DNA of 64,000 nt from Armatimonadota bacterium. Lineage in GTDB: Bacteria; Armatimonadota; Fimbriimonadia; Fimbriimonadales; Fimbriimonadaceae. Shown piece by piece: positions 9,530-18,679 of the stretch; the first letter of the stretch is position 1, and every line of letters begins with the position of its first letter. The stretch lies in the NCBI GenBank assembly GCA_017303935.1, contig JAFLBD010000002.1, positions 786,784-850,783 on the forward strand, in the 5' to 3' direction. Below the pieces are notes generated by a model, which was given only the letters and a program-made list of their open reading frames with translations, did not search any database and had not been told where the DNA came from. The position numbers were made by a program, and so were the translations under genes.

Positions 9530-10928
9530 GTTCAAGGCACTCGACTCCTCCCTGGAGCGAGAAGACGTCGCGAACACCCCGTGCCCTGAGGTCGGCGACG
9601 AGGCGGTAACTACGCCTTCCGGAGGCGCAAACGAACAAGGTAGGTCGTTGCCATTCGACTTCGTAGCATTCCGCCATAGGCACTCGATGATGGGGCCGGG
9701 TGAGCTCGGGAGTTTCGTTAGGCTCCCGAATATCCACCAACTCAAAGCTTGCAAGATTGATGGAGGTTGCATCTACGTCCCAAACGCTACCCCCGGAACT
9801 GAGTTCACTGGAGGACTTGCGACGGATCGTGGTTGCTTCTAAGGTGCGGAAATCAAACAAGAGCAATTTGTCGTCCAAGACCGGCAATCCAAGGATGCCT
9901 TTGATGACTTCGTTTGCTTGGAGTACCCCCATCAACGAAGGCACAACGCCGAGTACCCCTGATTGGGCGCAGGTTCCAACACAGTGGTCGGGAGGCGGTT
10001 CGGGAAAGAGATCGGCAAGGCACGGTCCTCCGGGCCGAACCGTCATCAGTTGACCTTCAAATTGGTGAACACTGGCGGTGACCAGGGGGCGGCCGAGCCT
10101 CTGGCAGACGCAGTCGAGCAGGAGCTTTGTGCTGAGGGAATCGGTCCCATCCACGATCCAGTCGTAACCGGAAATGAGTTGTTCGGCATTACCTTCAGCG
10201 AGGCGCACTGGAAATAGCTGAACCGACAGTTGGGGCCGAAGCCGACGCGCGAATACCGCCGCCCGCTCGACCTTCACGCGCCCGATATCGGAGGCGGCAA
10301 ACAAGGTTTGGCGATGAAGATTCGAGAGCTCAACCAGGTCGGCGTCTACCAGACCCAGCGTCCCGATGCCGGATCCAACGAGTGAAGGCAGGCTCCCGGC
10401 CGCAAGGCCCCCCACCCCGACCAGTAAGACCCTCGCCCCAGCAAGCGCAGCTTGACCCTCGGGTCCGACTTCGGAAAGTCGCATTTGCCGGGCAAACATC
10501 TCATCGTCCACCGGGCTAGAAGCGGCTTCACCGGGAACAACCCACGCAGCGACCCCGCTGGCGTAGGTTTCGCGCTTCCAAATGGGAACCCGCCACTTGA
10601 GCTGGTCCATGATCCACTCGCAGGCTTCAAAGGCCTCTCGCCGGTGGGCTGAGGCCGTTTGCACGACGACCGCCGTATCGCCGATGGCAAGTTGCCCGAC
10701 GCGATGGATCACTCTGGCTTCCAAAAGCCCAAAACGTTCTATGGCCTCTTGAACAAGCACCTCTCCCTGGGCAATTGACATTTCGGGGAATGCTTCATAT
10801 TCAAGCCCAACGACGGACTGCCCCTCGGCGTGATTCCGTACTTTGCCTTCAAAAACGACGAATCCGCCGGCTTCATCGTGGGCTATTGGCTCAGCGGCAA
10901 TCGGGGCACTGCTGAGTGAGAACTTCAT
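9522..10928 (-). CDS. three-domain fusion: MoaE (MPT synthase large subunit) + MoeB/ThiF adenylyltransferase + rhodanese
   Basis: 468 aa. The N-terminus is MoaE-like (FVVFEGKVRNH...VPIWKRE). The middle has a Rossmann segment VLLVGVGGLAAGS. The C-terminus has the rhodanese loop FVCASGRRS. Confidence 0.85.
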   Translation of the reverse strand: MKFSLSSAPIAAEPIAHDEAGGFVVFEGKVRNHAEGQSVVGLEYEAFPEMSIAQGEVLVQEAIERFGLLEARVIHRVGQLAIGDTAVVVQTASAHRREAFEACEWIMDQLKWRVPIWKRETYASGVAAWVVPGEAASSPVDDEMFARQMRLSEVGPEGQAALAGARVLLVGVGGLAAGSLPSLVGSGIGTLGLVDADLVELSNLHRQTLFAASDIGRVKVERAAVFARRLRPQLSVQLFPVRLAEGNAEQLISGYDWIVDGTDSLSTKLLLDCVCQRLGRPLVTASVHQFEGQLMTVRPGGPCLADLFPEPPPDHCVGTCAQSGVLGVVPSLMGVLQANEVIKGILGLPVLDDKLLLFDFRTLEATTIRRKSSSELSSGGSVWDVDATSINLASFELVDIREPNETPELTRPHHRVPMAECYEVEWQRPTLFVCASGRRSYRLVADLRARGVRDVFSLQGGVECLERD

Positions 10929-11167
10929 CCGCCTGCCACCGGGGGAATCAGGACGAGCTCTCTACCATCATGTAGGGGGGCAGCTGGATCGACAAACTCA
11001 TGGTCAATTGCAACTCGAATCAGTGCGGGCGGAAGACCGAGCCGGTGCTCGGCGATGAGCGTTTCGACGAGTTCGCCCACGGTCTCGCATGGGGTCGTTT
11101 TCTGTTCAACGGCAAGCCCACGGCGCTCTCGCAGGACGGCAAAATAGCGGACAGTGACGGTCTTCAT
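10925..11167 (-). CDS. moaD: MoaD, MPT synthase small subunit
   Basis: Ends ...LIPPVAGG. ATG 11167 forms an ATGA overlap with the moeA stop, and its own stop overlaps the next start (ATGA). Confidence 0.85.
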   Translation of the reverse strand: MKTVTVRYFAVLRERRGLAVEQKTTPCETVGELVETLIAEHRLGLPPALIRVAIDHEFVDPAAPLHDGRELVLIPPVAGG

Positions 11168-12324
11168 CGGTTTCGATTCCATGGGAAAGGCAAGAACTCG
11201 ATGTTCTCGCCTTGGGCCAACGTGATCCCATTGGGGTTGATCCTTACAAGTCCGTCGCTCTCCAATAGGCCAAAGTTCGCGTGGGAGCCAATGACGTTTA
11301 GGATCACAACCTCACCGCTGGGTAGTAGCTTCGCCGGGAGAAACTCTTCGCGTCCCGGCTTCCTATCCATCTTTCTCGCGACTTGCCTGGATTCACGGGG
11401 CAATTCATCACCGAGCCAGGCACTGACGAAGATAAGGAAGCCCACCCAAGTCGAAAGCGGATTCCCTGGGAGGCCAAACCATGCTTTCCCATCTTCGCGC
11501 GTTCCGAAGGCAATCGGCTTGCCCGGTTTCACGGCGACCCCATGGAACTTCACGTTGAAGCCCGCCTCTTCCATGGCCGAAAGAACAAGGTCATGCGCCC
11601 CGACGGAAACTCCGCCGGTCGTGATGAGGAGCTCGGAACTTTGGATCGACTCGTGGATCTGGGTGTGCAGCTCTTCTTGAGAGTCCCGGGCGTGCCTCAC
11701 TTGTGCGTCGATGCCTCTGAGGGCCAAAGCTGAAGACAGGGCGGTCGCATTGGAATTGAAGATCTGACCGTCTTGGAGTGACTGGCCAGGCGGCACGACT
11801 TCATTCCCGGTGCTGAGGATGGTGACATTGGGCAGACCGCGGACTTCAACCGTGGCAAGTCCGCAACTCGCGCACGCGGCGAGATGGGGTGGTGTCAACG
11901 TCGCTCCCTTCTGCGCGACGAGATGCCCCACCGGAGCTTCTTCAGCCTGAAGCCGCACATGCCCGCCCTTTCGAACTTCTCCCACGAGCAAGCCGTCTTG
12001 TTCCGAAGCGTCTTCTTGCGCGATGATGCCGTAGGTTCGGGTTGGCACGGGGGCTCCTGTGAAGATGCGCACGGCCTCACACGGCTGGATACCCCCAGGA
12101 GCCGTCGCCCCCGCGGCAACCTCACCAACGATTTCCCAGGGCCCTTCCGGACTCCCGACGGCGAAGCCGTCCATGGCAGAGTTATCAAAGAGCGGTATAT
12201 CAAATGGCGAAACAACATCCTTGGCCAACACCCGCCCCAACGCGTTGCGCAGTTCCATTCGTTCCGTTGGGAAACTCGGGCGATGATCGCGAATAATGGA
12301 GAGCGCCTCATCGACGGTGATCAC
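11164..12324 (-). CDS. moeA: MoeA molybdopterin molybdenumtransferase
   Basis: Contains the FDNSAMDGFAV and TTGGVSVGAHD motifs. GTG 12324 forms a GTGA overlap with the upstream stop. The track start at 12399 is probably over-extended. Confidence 0.9.
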   Translation of the reverse strand: MITVDEALSIIRDHRPSFPTERMELRNALGRVLAKDVVSPFDIPLFDNSAMDGFAVGSPEGPWEIVGEVAAGATAPGGIQPCEAVRIFTGAPVPTRTYGIIAQEDASEQDGLLVGEVRKGGHVRLQAEEAPVGHLVAQKGATLTPPHLAACASCGLATVEVRGLPNVTILSTGNEVVPPGQSLQDGQIFNSNATALSSALALRGIDAQVRHARDSQEELHTQIHESIQSSELLITTGGVSVGAHDLVLSAMEEAGFNVKFHGVAVKPGKPIAFGTREDGKAWFGLPGNPLSTWVGFLIFVSAWLGDELPRESRQVARKMDRKPGREEFLPAKLLPSGEVVILNVIGSHANFGLLESDGLVRINPNGITLAQGENIEFLPFPWNRNR

Positions 12325-13223
12325 GGATGGCCCTCCCCAGCGAGCATCGAATGAACGTGCAACAGGCTCGGCATCAGGCAGACCATGGCATCCTCGCACG
12401 CTCCCGGACTGCCCGGAATTGCCAGCACAACCGTTTCTCCAATGATCCCAGCCAAGGGCCGAGCTAGCATGGCGGTGGGTAGCCGTGAGTGGCTGTAGGA
12501 TTGGAAGGCAGCGACCACACCAGGGAGGCTTTTTTCGAGGAGCGGTGCGATGGTATCAGAAGTGATATCCCTCGGGCCAACTCCAGTGCCTCCGCTGATC
12601 ACGAGCAACGAAACACCTCTTTCAGCGGCAGCGCGAACCTCATTAACCAGCAATTCCGATTCATCGGGCAGAACTTTCACCGAGACAGAGCCTGCGCCGT
12701 GGCCCTTGAGCGCCTGCTCAAGGGCCGGGCCGCTGCGATCTTCGTACTCGGCACGATGCGCTCGATCTGACATCACCAGAACTTGTGCGCTCCAGTCGCT
12801 AAGCTTGGGAAGATCGCTCTTCCCTCCAGTCTTGGAAAGAAGGCGGACGCCGACGATTTCCATGTCGTCGTCGATCATTTTCAGCATGTCGTAGAGGGTG
12901 AGCACGGCGGCAGCGGCCCCGGTCATGGCCTCCATCTCAACCCCGGTTTTGCCCACAGAGACAACGAAGACCTCGACCACGATCCGGTCTGCTAGAAACT
13001 CAAACTCGACCCGCACATGCTCAATCGGGATGTTATGGCAGTAAGGAATCCACTCGGTTGTTTTCTTCGTCGCCTGAATCGCCGCAACCTTAGCGACGGG
13101 AACCGGGTCTCCTTTGGGAGTATCGCCATTCTGCACGCGCCGAATCGTCTCCTCGCTCGCCGTGAGTTCAGCGCGAGCGAGGGCCGTTCGCTTGGTCGTG
13201 TTCTTAAAAGAAACGTCTCTCAT
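12321..13223 (-). CDS. MoaC (cPMP synthase) fused to a MoaB/MogA-like domain
   Basis: 300 aa. The N-terminal half has IPYCHNIPI and GVEMEAMTG. The C-terminal half has ISGGTGVGPRD. Confidence 0.9.
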   Translation of the reverse strand: MRDVSFKNTTKRTALARAELTASEETIRRVQNGDTPKGDPVPVAKVAAIQATKKTTEWIPYCHNIPIEHVRVEFEFLADRIVVEVFVVSVGKTGVEMEAMTGAAAAVLTLYDMLKMIDDDMEIVGVRLLSKTGGKSDLPKLSDWSAQVLVMSDRAHRAEYEDRSGPALEQALKGHGAGSVSVKVLPDESELLVNEVRAAAERGVSLLVISGGTGVGPRDITSDTIAPLLEKSLPGVVAAFQSYSHSRLPTAMLARPLAGIIGETVVLAIPGSPGACEDAMVCLMPSLLHVHSMLAGEGHP

Positions 13224-14209
13224 CCGCCGATTTGCACCATTGTCAAGTTATCTCGTTGAGCCCAGTTTCGCATCGGTGGATGGGCGCTCCACTTGCCATC
13301 GAGGCACTCTTGAACGGCTATCTCTAGTTCTGATTCGGGTGCTCCTCCTCGAATCAAGTCCCGTAATGAGACGCTGGGCGGTAGGAAGAGACAAGATTTG
13401 AGCTGACCGTCTGCCGTCAAGCGAAGGCGATTGCAACCTGAACAAAAGCTCTCGGTCACGCTTGACACAAAAGCGACCCGGCCTGCGGAGCCACCGATGA
13501 CATACTCCCGGGCAACACCCGAGGCCCCATAGGCCAGGGGTCGAAGCTCAAAGCGCCCGGAGAGCCGGGTTCGAATCTCAGCGGAAGAGACGACCTGGTC
13601 TGCGTTCCAACCGTTATCGAGAAAAGGCATGAATTCAATAAACCGGACGGTCAGATTGTGCTCGCGTGCAAACTCGCCGAAGTGGATTATTTCATCCTCA
13701 TTCACTCCGGGAAGAACCACCACGTTGATCTTCGTCTCTAGCCCCGCCGCATGGGCCGTCCCAATTCCGTGGAGAACCCTGGATAACTCGTTGCGCCGTG
13801 TGATCTCAAAGAAGCGATCCTGCCGCAGCGTATCCAAACTTACATTGACGCTTGCCAGCCCAGCCGTCTTGAGCGCCACTGCGTCTTGGGCCAAGCGGGT
13901 TCCGTTCGTTGTCAATGCAAGCTGGTTCAGACCCGGGATGGCGGCAAGGGATTCAACGAGACTAATGTAGCCCTTGCGCAGGGTTGGTTCGCCGCCGGTA
14001 AGCCGGATCTTCCGCACGCCACGCTCCACGAAGAACCGAGCAAGACGCTCAATCTCCTCAAAGCTCAAAATTTCTTCGCGCGGTTGCCAGACCACACCTT
14101 CTTCGGGCATGCAGTAGACGCACCGAAAATTGCATCGATCCGTGATCGACACCCGAAGGTAGTCGTGGAATCGACCAAACCGGTCCGTCAGCACGTCCGC
14201 ATGGTTCAC
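13220..14209 (-). CDS. moaA: MoaA, GTP 3',8-cyclase (radical SAM)
   Basis: Has CNFRCVYC and the C-terminal CSGCNRLRLTADG. The start is uncertain: I chose GTG 14209 and ATG 14245 is an alternative. The track start at 14518 is over-extended into the narK promoter region. Confidence 0.85.
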   Translation of the reverse strand: MNHADVLTDRFGRFHDYLRVSITDRCNFRCVYCMPEEGVVWQPREEILSFEEIERLARFFVERGVRKIRLTGGEPTLRKGYISLVESLAAIPGLNQLALTTNGTRLAQDAVALKTAGLASVNVSLDTLRQDRFFEITRRNELSRVLHGIGTAHAAGLETKINVVVLPGVNEDEIIHFGEFAREHNLTVRFIEFMPFLDNGWNADQVVSSAEIRTRLSGRFELRPLAYGASGVAREYVIGGSAGRVAFVSSVTESFCSGCNRLRLTADGQLKSCLFLPPSVSLRDLIRGGAPESELEIAVQECLDGKWSAHPPMRNWAQRDNLTMVQIGG

Positions 14210-14243
14210 GGCTGAATTGTGCCGTAAGCCGCCCCGTGGAACC

Positions 14244-14257
14244 ATGATATCCATCAT
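14244..14257. promoter_or_regulatory. putative Crp/Fnr-family box ATGATATCCATCAT in the moaA/narK divergent region
   Basis: Same ATGAT-N4-ATCAT pattern as at 6028. Its centre is 41.5 nt from the narK ATG at 14292. Confidence 0.45.
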
Positions 14258-14291
14258 AAACCTCGCCGAGAGTGCAGGCCATAACAGAGTC

Positions 14292-15779
14292 ATGCCTGAT
14301 CGAGCCATTGCCAACCGCATGCTCATTCTCAACACCATCGCCTTCACGGTGTGCTTTGCCGTCTGGACGATGTACGGTGTGCTGGGCGCATTTTTGGTCG
14401 ATAAGCAGATCATTCCGATCTCCAAAGAGCAGCTCGGTTGGCTCCTTGGTGTCCCCATTCTCACCGGGTCGATCATGCGGTTGCCGGTCGGGCTACTCAC
14501 GGACCGTTTTGGGGGCAAGCCGGTCTACATTGGCGTGATGCTCCTTGCGACCGCCGGAGTTGCATCCGTGAGTTTCGCAACTACGTTCGCCCATCTCGTG
14601 ATCTCGGGGCTCATTTTTGGGATGAGCGGCGCGGCTTTCGCGGTCGGCATCGCCTACACTTCCGTGTTTTTTCCCAAGGAAAAGCAAGGAACTGCGCTCG
14701 GGATCTTTGGAGTTGGAAACGCGGGCTCGGCGTTAACCACCCTGCTTGCTCCCCTCGCGTTGCAAAGACTTACTCAAGAGGGCAACGAATTGGAAGGGTG
14801 GCGCACTTTGCCTCTGATCTATGCGGCATGCCTTTTTGGAATGACGATCCTGTTTGCGCTCTTTACGAAGAATCGGGTTACGGAAGGAGCGAGCCAAAAA
14901 ACGCTCCGCACCATGCTTGCCCCTCTCAAGTCGGTTCGAGTTTGGCGATTCGGTGCGTACTACTTTCTTGTGTTTGGGGCGTTCGTTGCCCTGGCTCAGT
15001 GGCTTGTACCTTACTACCTCAACGTCTACGGAATGAGCCTCGCGATGGCAGGCCTGATGGCGAGCATCTTTAGCCTTCCGAGCGGCTTAGTTCGTGCCCT
15101 TGGAGGGTGGATGAGCGATAGGTTCGGGGCCCGAGCCACGATGTACTGGGTGCTGGCGAGTTGCGTGGTCTTGTTCGCGCTGGTCGTCGCGCCGCGCATG
15201 GACATCATGTCCCCAGGGGAAGGAGTTCTGGCGGACCGAGCCGGAACCGTGACTCAGGTCGGTCAAGATCGGATTCAAATTGATGATCAGTCGTATGCTT
15301 TGAAGACGGCCCGTGGCTCGACCCAAACCCTGTCGAGCAAGGGTTCGAGCCTTTCTGAGGGCACGATCATCCTCCCCAGAAGTCAGTCATGGCAGGCGCC
15401 GGTGGTGCAGGTGGGCCAAAAAGTTAAGAAGCGCGAGCTACTTGCCCGCGGTGTGACTCACGTTTACTTTCAGGCCAACGTGTGGGTGTTTACAATTATC
15501 GTTTTCTTGGCGGGAATCATGATGGGGATCGGGAAAGCCGCCGTGTATCGCCACATCCCCGACTATTTTCCGAATGACGTCGGCGTCGTGGGTGGAATCG
15601 TTGGGGTCATTGGCGGGCTCGGCGGATTTGTGTGCCCGATTCTGTTTGGCTACCTGCTAAAACTGACCGGACTCTGGACCTCTTGCTGGCTGCTCCTGGC
15701 CCTTATTAGTGTTGTTTGTCTGGTTTGGATGCACGTCACGATCCTTAAGATGGCAAAGCAGGCTCCGGCGACTGAGTAG
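14292..15779 (+). CDS. narK: NarK-type nitrate/nitrite MFS transporter with a ~90-aa inserted soluble segment
   Basis: Has TDRFGGKP and SDRFGARA loops and the NNP-type GVGNAGSA signature. The start is taken at ATG 14292. Confidence 0.8.
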   Translation: MPDRAIANRMLILNTIAFTVCFAVWTMYGVLGAFLVDKQIIPISKEQLGWLLGVPILTGSIMRLPVGLLTDRFGGKPVYIGVMLLATAGVASVSFATTFAHLVISGLIFGMSGAAFAVGIAYTSVFFPKEKQGTALGIFGVGNAGSALTTLLAPLALQRLTQEGNELEGWRTLPLIYAACLFGMTILFALFTKNRVTEGASQKTLRTMLAPLKSVRVWRFGAYYFLVFGAFVALAQWLVPYYLNVYGMSLAMAGLMASIFSLPSGLVRALGGWMSDRFGARATMYWVLASCVVLFALVVAPRMDIMSPGEGVLADRAGTVTQVGQDRIQIDDQSYALKTARGSTQTLSSKGSSLSEGTIILPRSQSWQAPVVQVGQKVKKRELLARGVTHVYFQANVWVFTIIVFLAGIMMGIGKAAVYRHIPDYFPNDVGVVGGIVGVIGGLGGFVCPILFGYLLKLTGLWTSCWLLLALISVVCLVWMHVTILKMAKQAPATE

Positions 15780-15900
15780 AGCAGCGCGTTCACCAGAGCC
15801 CCAGGACTATGATGCTTGGGCCATTTGGACTTCTATGACGGGCATCATAACGCGCCGTGAGCGGATCATCGACAATGAGGAAAGACAAAGAGTCCGACCC

Positions 15901-17232
15901 ATGAAGACAGAGAACGACACTCAGATAGTTCAAGAATGGCAACCTAACGATCCTGCCTTTTGGGAGTCAACCGCGAAGCCAATCGCCTGGCGGACGTTGT
16001 GGATCACTACGTTCTGCCTTCTTCTGAGCTTCTCCACCTGGTTCATGGTGAGCGCACTGGTCGTGAAGCTCTCCGGGATCGGATTCAAATTCACGCCCCA
16101 AGAACTGTTCTGGCTGACCGCCATGCCCGGCCTCGCGGCTGGAACTTTGCGCATAGTCCACACTTTTCTCATCCCGATTTTTGGCACACGGAAAACGGTA
16201 AGTATCTCGACGTTGCTCTTGGCGATCCCTTGTGTGGGCTGGGGGTATGCAGTCATGAACCCTCAAACTCCGCTCTCAACCTTTTTGGTTCTGGCGTTTC
16301 TCGCGGGTTTGGGTGGGGGCAACTTCAGCTCATTTATGCCGAGCACATCCTTGTTCTTCCCAAAATCCAAACTGGGTACAGCACTCGGGATTCAAGCGGG
16401 AATCGGCAATTTTGGCGTGAGTGTTGCGCAGTTCCTCATCCCCGCCATTCTCGGGATCGCCCTGGTGGGTAGTTCGCAAACTTTAACCAACCCAAAGACC
16501 GGGGCGACCAGCAACATCTATCTTCAGAACGGGGCACTGATTTGGGTGCCTCTTGTGCTCTTAGGTGCTGTGGTCGCTTGGTTTGGGCTTCGGGACGTGC
16601 CGGTTCAGGCCAGCTTTAGGGAGCAACTCGATATTTTCAAGGAAAAGCACACGTGGGTCATGACCTCACTCTACATCATGACCTTCGGGTCGTTTAGTGG
16701 CCTAGCAGCTGCTTTTCCGTTAATGATCAAGCAACTTTACGGCGGATTCGATGGCGCACCGGATCCACTGGCTTTTGCATTTCTGGGGCCGCTGGTTGGG
16801 GCAGGAGTCCGTGCTGCCGCAGGGCCAGTCGCAGACAAAGTTGGCGGGGCAAAGGTGACGATGGTCAGCGGGATCGGAATGCTGGCGTGCAGTATTGCAA
16901 TCCTGCCATTTGCGAATCCAGGCTCAATGGCCAGTTGGAGCGGCTTCCTGTGGCTGATGCTCGGCATCTTTTTCTTTAGCGGCATCGGCAATGCGAGCAC
17001 ATTCAAGCAAATCCCTATGATTTTCCCGCCGCGCCAGGCGGGGGGCGTCATCGGATGGACTTCCGCGATTGCGGCCTATGGGCCGTTCGCATTCAGTCTG
17101 ATTCTCGGCTCAGTGCTCGGTTCGGGTCGCAATGCGGCCCCGTTCTTCGTAGGCCTTGCCGCATTCTACGTGATCAATATCGGACTGAATTGGTGGTTCT
17201 ATTCCCGAAAAGGGGCTGAAAAACCCTGCTAA
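15901..17232 (+). CDS. narK: NarK-type nitrate/nitrite MFS transporter (second copy)
   Basis: 12-TM pattern with GGGNFSSF and GIGNFGVS signatures. I chose ATG 15901; the track start at 15709 overlaps the upstream gene. Confidence 0.8.
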   Translation: MKTENDTQIVQEWQPNDPAFWESTAKPIAWRTLWITTFCLLLSFSTWFMVSALVVKLSGIGFKFTPQELFWLTAMPGLAAGTLRIVHTFLIPIFGTRKTVSISTLLLAIPCVGWGYAVMNPQTPLSTFLVLAFLAGLGGGNFSSFMPSTSLFFPKSKLGTALGIQAGIGNFGVSVAQFLIPAILGIALVGSSQTLTNPKTGATSNIYLQNGALIWVPLVLLGAVVAWFGLRDVPVQASFREQLDIFKEKHTWVMTSLYIMTFGSFSGLAAAFPLMIKQLYGGFDGAPDPLAFAFLGPLVGAGVRAAAGPVADKVGGAKVTMVSGIGMLACSIAILPFANPGSMASWSGFLWLMLGIFFFSGIGNASTFKQIPMIFPPRQAGGVIGWTSAIAAYGPFAFSLILGSVLGSGRNAAPFFVGLAAFYVINIGLNWWFYSRKGAEKPC

Positions 17233-17255
17233 GCCATCTAGTGGACGTTACCGGT

Positions 17256-17269
17256 ATGACAATCATCAT
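17256..17269. promoter_or_regulatory. putative Crp/Fnr-family box ATGACAATCATCAT upstream of the nnrS-like gene
   Basis: Third copy of the same box, with one mismatch. Its centre is 34.5 nt from ATG 17297 and 43.5 nt from ATG 17306. Confidence 0.4.
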
Positions 17270-17296
17270 GGCGGCGGCCCGACTGAGCCCTCAATA

Positions 17297-18679
17297 ATGA
17301 AAACCATGATCAAAGAGCGGCCTTCGTTGACTCTGCTTCCGATGCGTTCGACGATACCCGTCGCCAGGTCGGGCACGGATCGGGCGGAGACCCAGGTGTA
17401 CCGCCCCTTTTTTGTGAGCGGCATCATCACCGTATTGACGGTGGGTTGTCTGCTCGGGGCGATTGCCTTGATGGGTATCGCTCGGCAAGGAAGCTATACG
17501 GCTTCCGCCTGGACCCCCTACGTCTTGGCTCACGCCAACTCGCAGCTCTTTGGGTGGGTCGGCTTCTTTGTGATGGGCTTTGCCATGCAACAGCACGGAA
17601 CCACGCTCGCCAAGAGCGCGTCGTTTCACAAGATCGCCTGGTGGGCTCTAGGCAGCATGGGAGCCGGTATTACGCTGCGATTCGCAGCCGAACCTCTCGC
17701 CCAGCAAGATGCCTCACGCTGGCTTTGGTTAGGACTAGTCTCTGCTAGCATTCAGATCGTTGCTGTGGCGTTGTTCCTTTACAACATCGGAGCTAACCGA
17801 TACCGGAAGGGGGAACCTCTCACGTGGCCAACAGCGTTCGTATTTGCCTCCTTGGGGTGCTTGCTCTTGGTCTCCCTAGCCGAGCCAGTAGCATTTGCGC
17901 TTAGTCACCAGCCGAGTCGAGAGGCTTCGATTGCCTTTGTCGCCCAATGGTTCACGCCTCTTCGGGAACTGCAATTTTTGGGCTTTGTGGCGATGATGAT
18001 TTTCGGTGTCGCGGCGAGCAAGTTCCCCGGATGTCTTGGTTTCCGAGCCGCTGATTCAGGTTGGGGCCTTGCCGCATTCGGACTCTGGTCGAGTGGGCTG
18101 ATCGCCCGGGTGGTGGGTTGGAACGTGTATTTTCAGTCCGGGCTCATGCCGGGCACAGATTTGTGGTTTCGGCTCGGCGGCGTTCTGTTGGCTCTGGGGG
18201 CGGGGGCGATGACACTTTCTTTGGGTGTCTTCAGCCCCGTGCGCCATGCGAATCCAAGTCAGAAGTTCATCCGCTCTGCTTTTGCCTGGTTGCTGATTGC
18301 CGGCGCGCTTCTGATCCTAGAGCCCTTGCATTTGCGGGCGATAGGCGCTCCGTTTTCGCACGCCTACACCGGCGCGATCCGCCATGCGGTGACGGTGGGA
18401 TTCATTTCACAAATGATCGTAGCGGTGGGCTACCACTTGGTCACGAAAATGCTGATGCTCGATGAGCGAAAGGTTCCCGCCCTATGGAGTGTCTTTGTTC
18501 TGCTGAACGTGGGCAATGCGGCACGGGTCGGTTTGGAAATCATCACGGACGTGAATCGCTCTGCCTTCGCCCCAATGGGCTGGACCGGTTTCGTGGAATT
18601 GCTCGGTCTCGGCATTTGGGCTACGGTCATGCTCAGATTCTTGCTCCGAAGGAGCCAGACCTATGCGACAAGCTGCTGA
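17297..18679 (+). CDS. NnrS-like heme/copper membrane protein (NO-stress associated family)
   Basis: 460 aa with about 12 TM helices. The N-terminus has YRPFFVSG and AHANSQLFGWVGFFVMGF, which resemble NnrS motifs. The family call is from memory. Confidence 0.55.
   Translation: MKTMIKERPSLTLLPMRSTIPVARSGTDRAETQVYRPFFVSGIITVLTVGCLLGAIALMGIARQGSYTASAWTPYVLAHANSQLFGWVGFFVMGFAMQQHGTTLAKSASFHKIAWWALGSMGAGITLRFAAEPLAQQDASRWLWLGLVSASIQIVAVALFLYNIGANRYRKGEPLTWPTAFVFASLGCLLLVSLAEPVAFALSHQPSREASIAFVAQWFTPLRELQFLGFVAMMIFGVAASKFPGCLGFRAADSGWGLAAFGLWSSGLIARVVGWNVYFQSGLMPGTDLWFRLGGVLLALGAGAMTLSLGVFSPVRHANPSQKFIRSAFAWLLIAGALLILEPLHLRAIGAPFSHAYTGAIRHAVTVGFISQMIVAVGYHLVTKMLMLDERKVPALWSVFVLLNVGNAARVGLEIITDVNRSAFAPMGWTGFVELLGLGIWATVMLRFLLRRSQTYATSC

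Noticed and set aside
13220-14518. 432-aa version of moaA, plus similar long N-terminal extensions at 8789..9772, 11164..12399, 15709..17232, 36714..37325 and 37127..38029
   Set aside because: The extensions overlap upstream genes or promoter regions and have no family similarity. Internal starts create ATGA/GTGA coupling or have an RBS.
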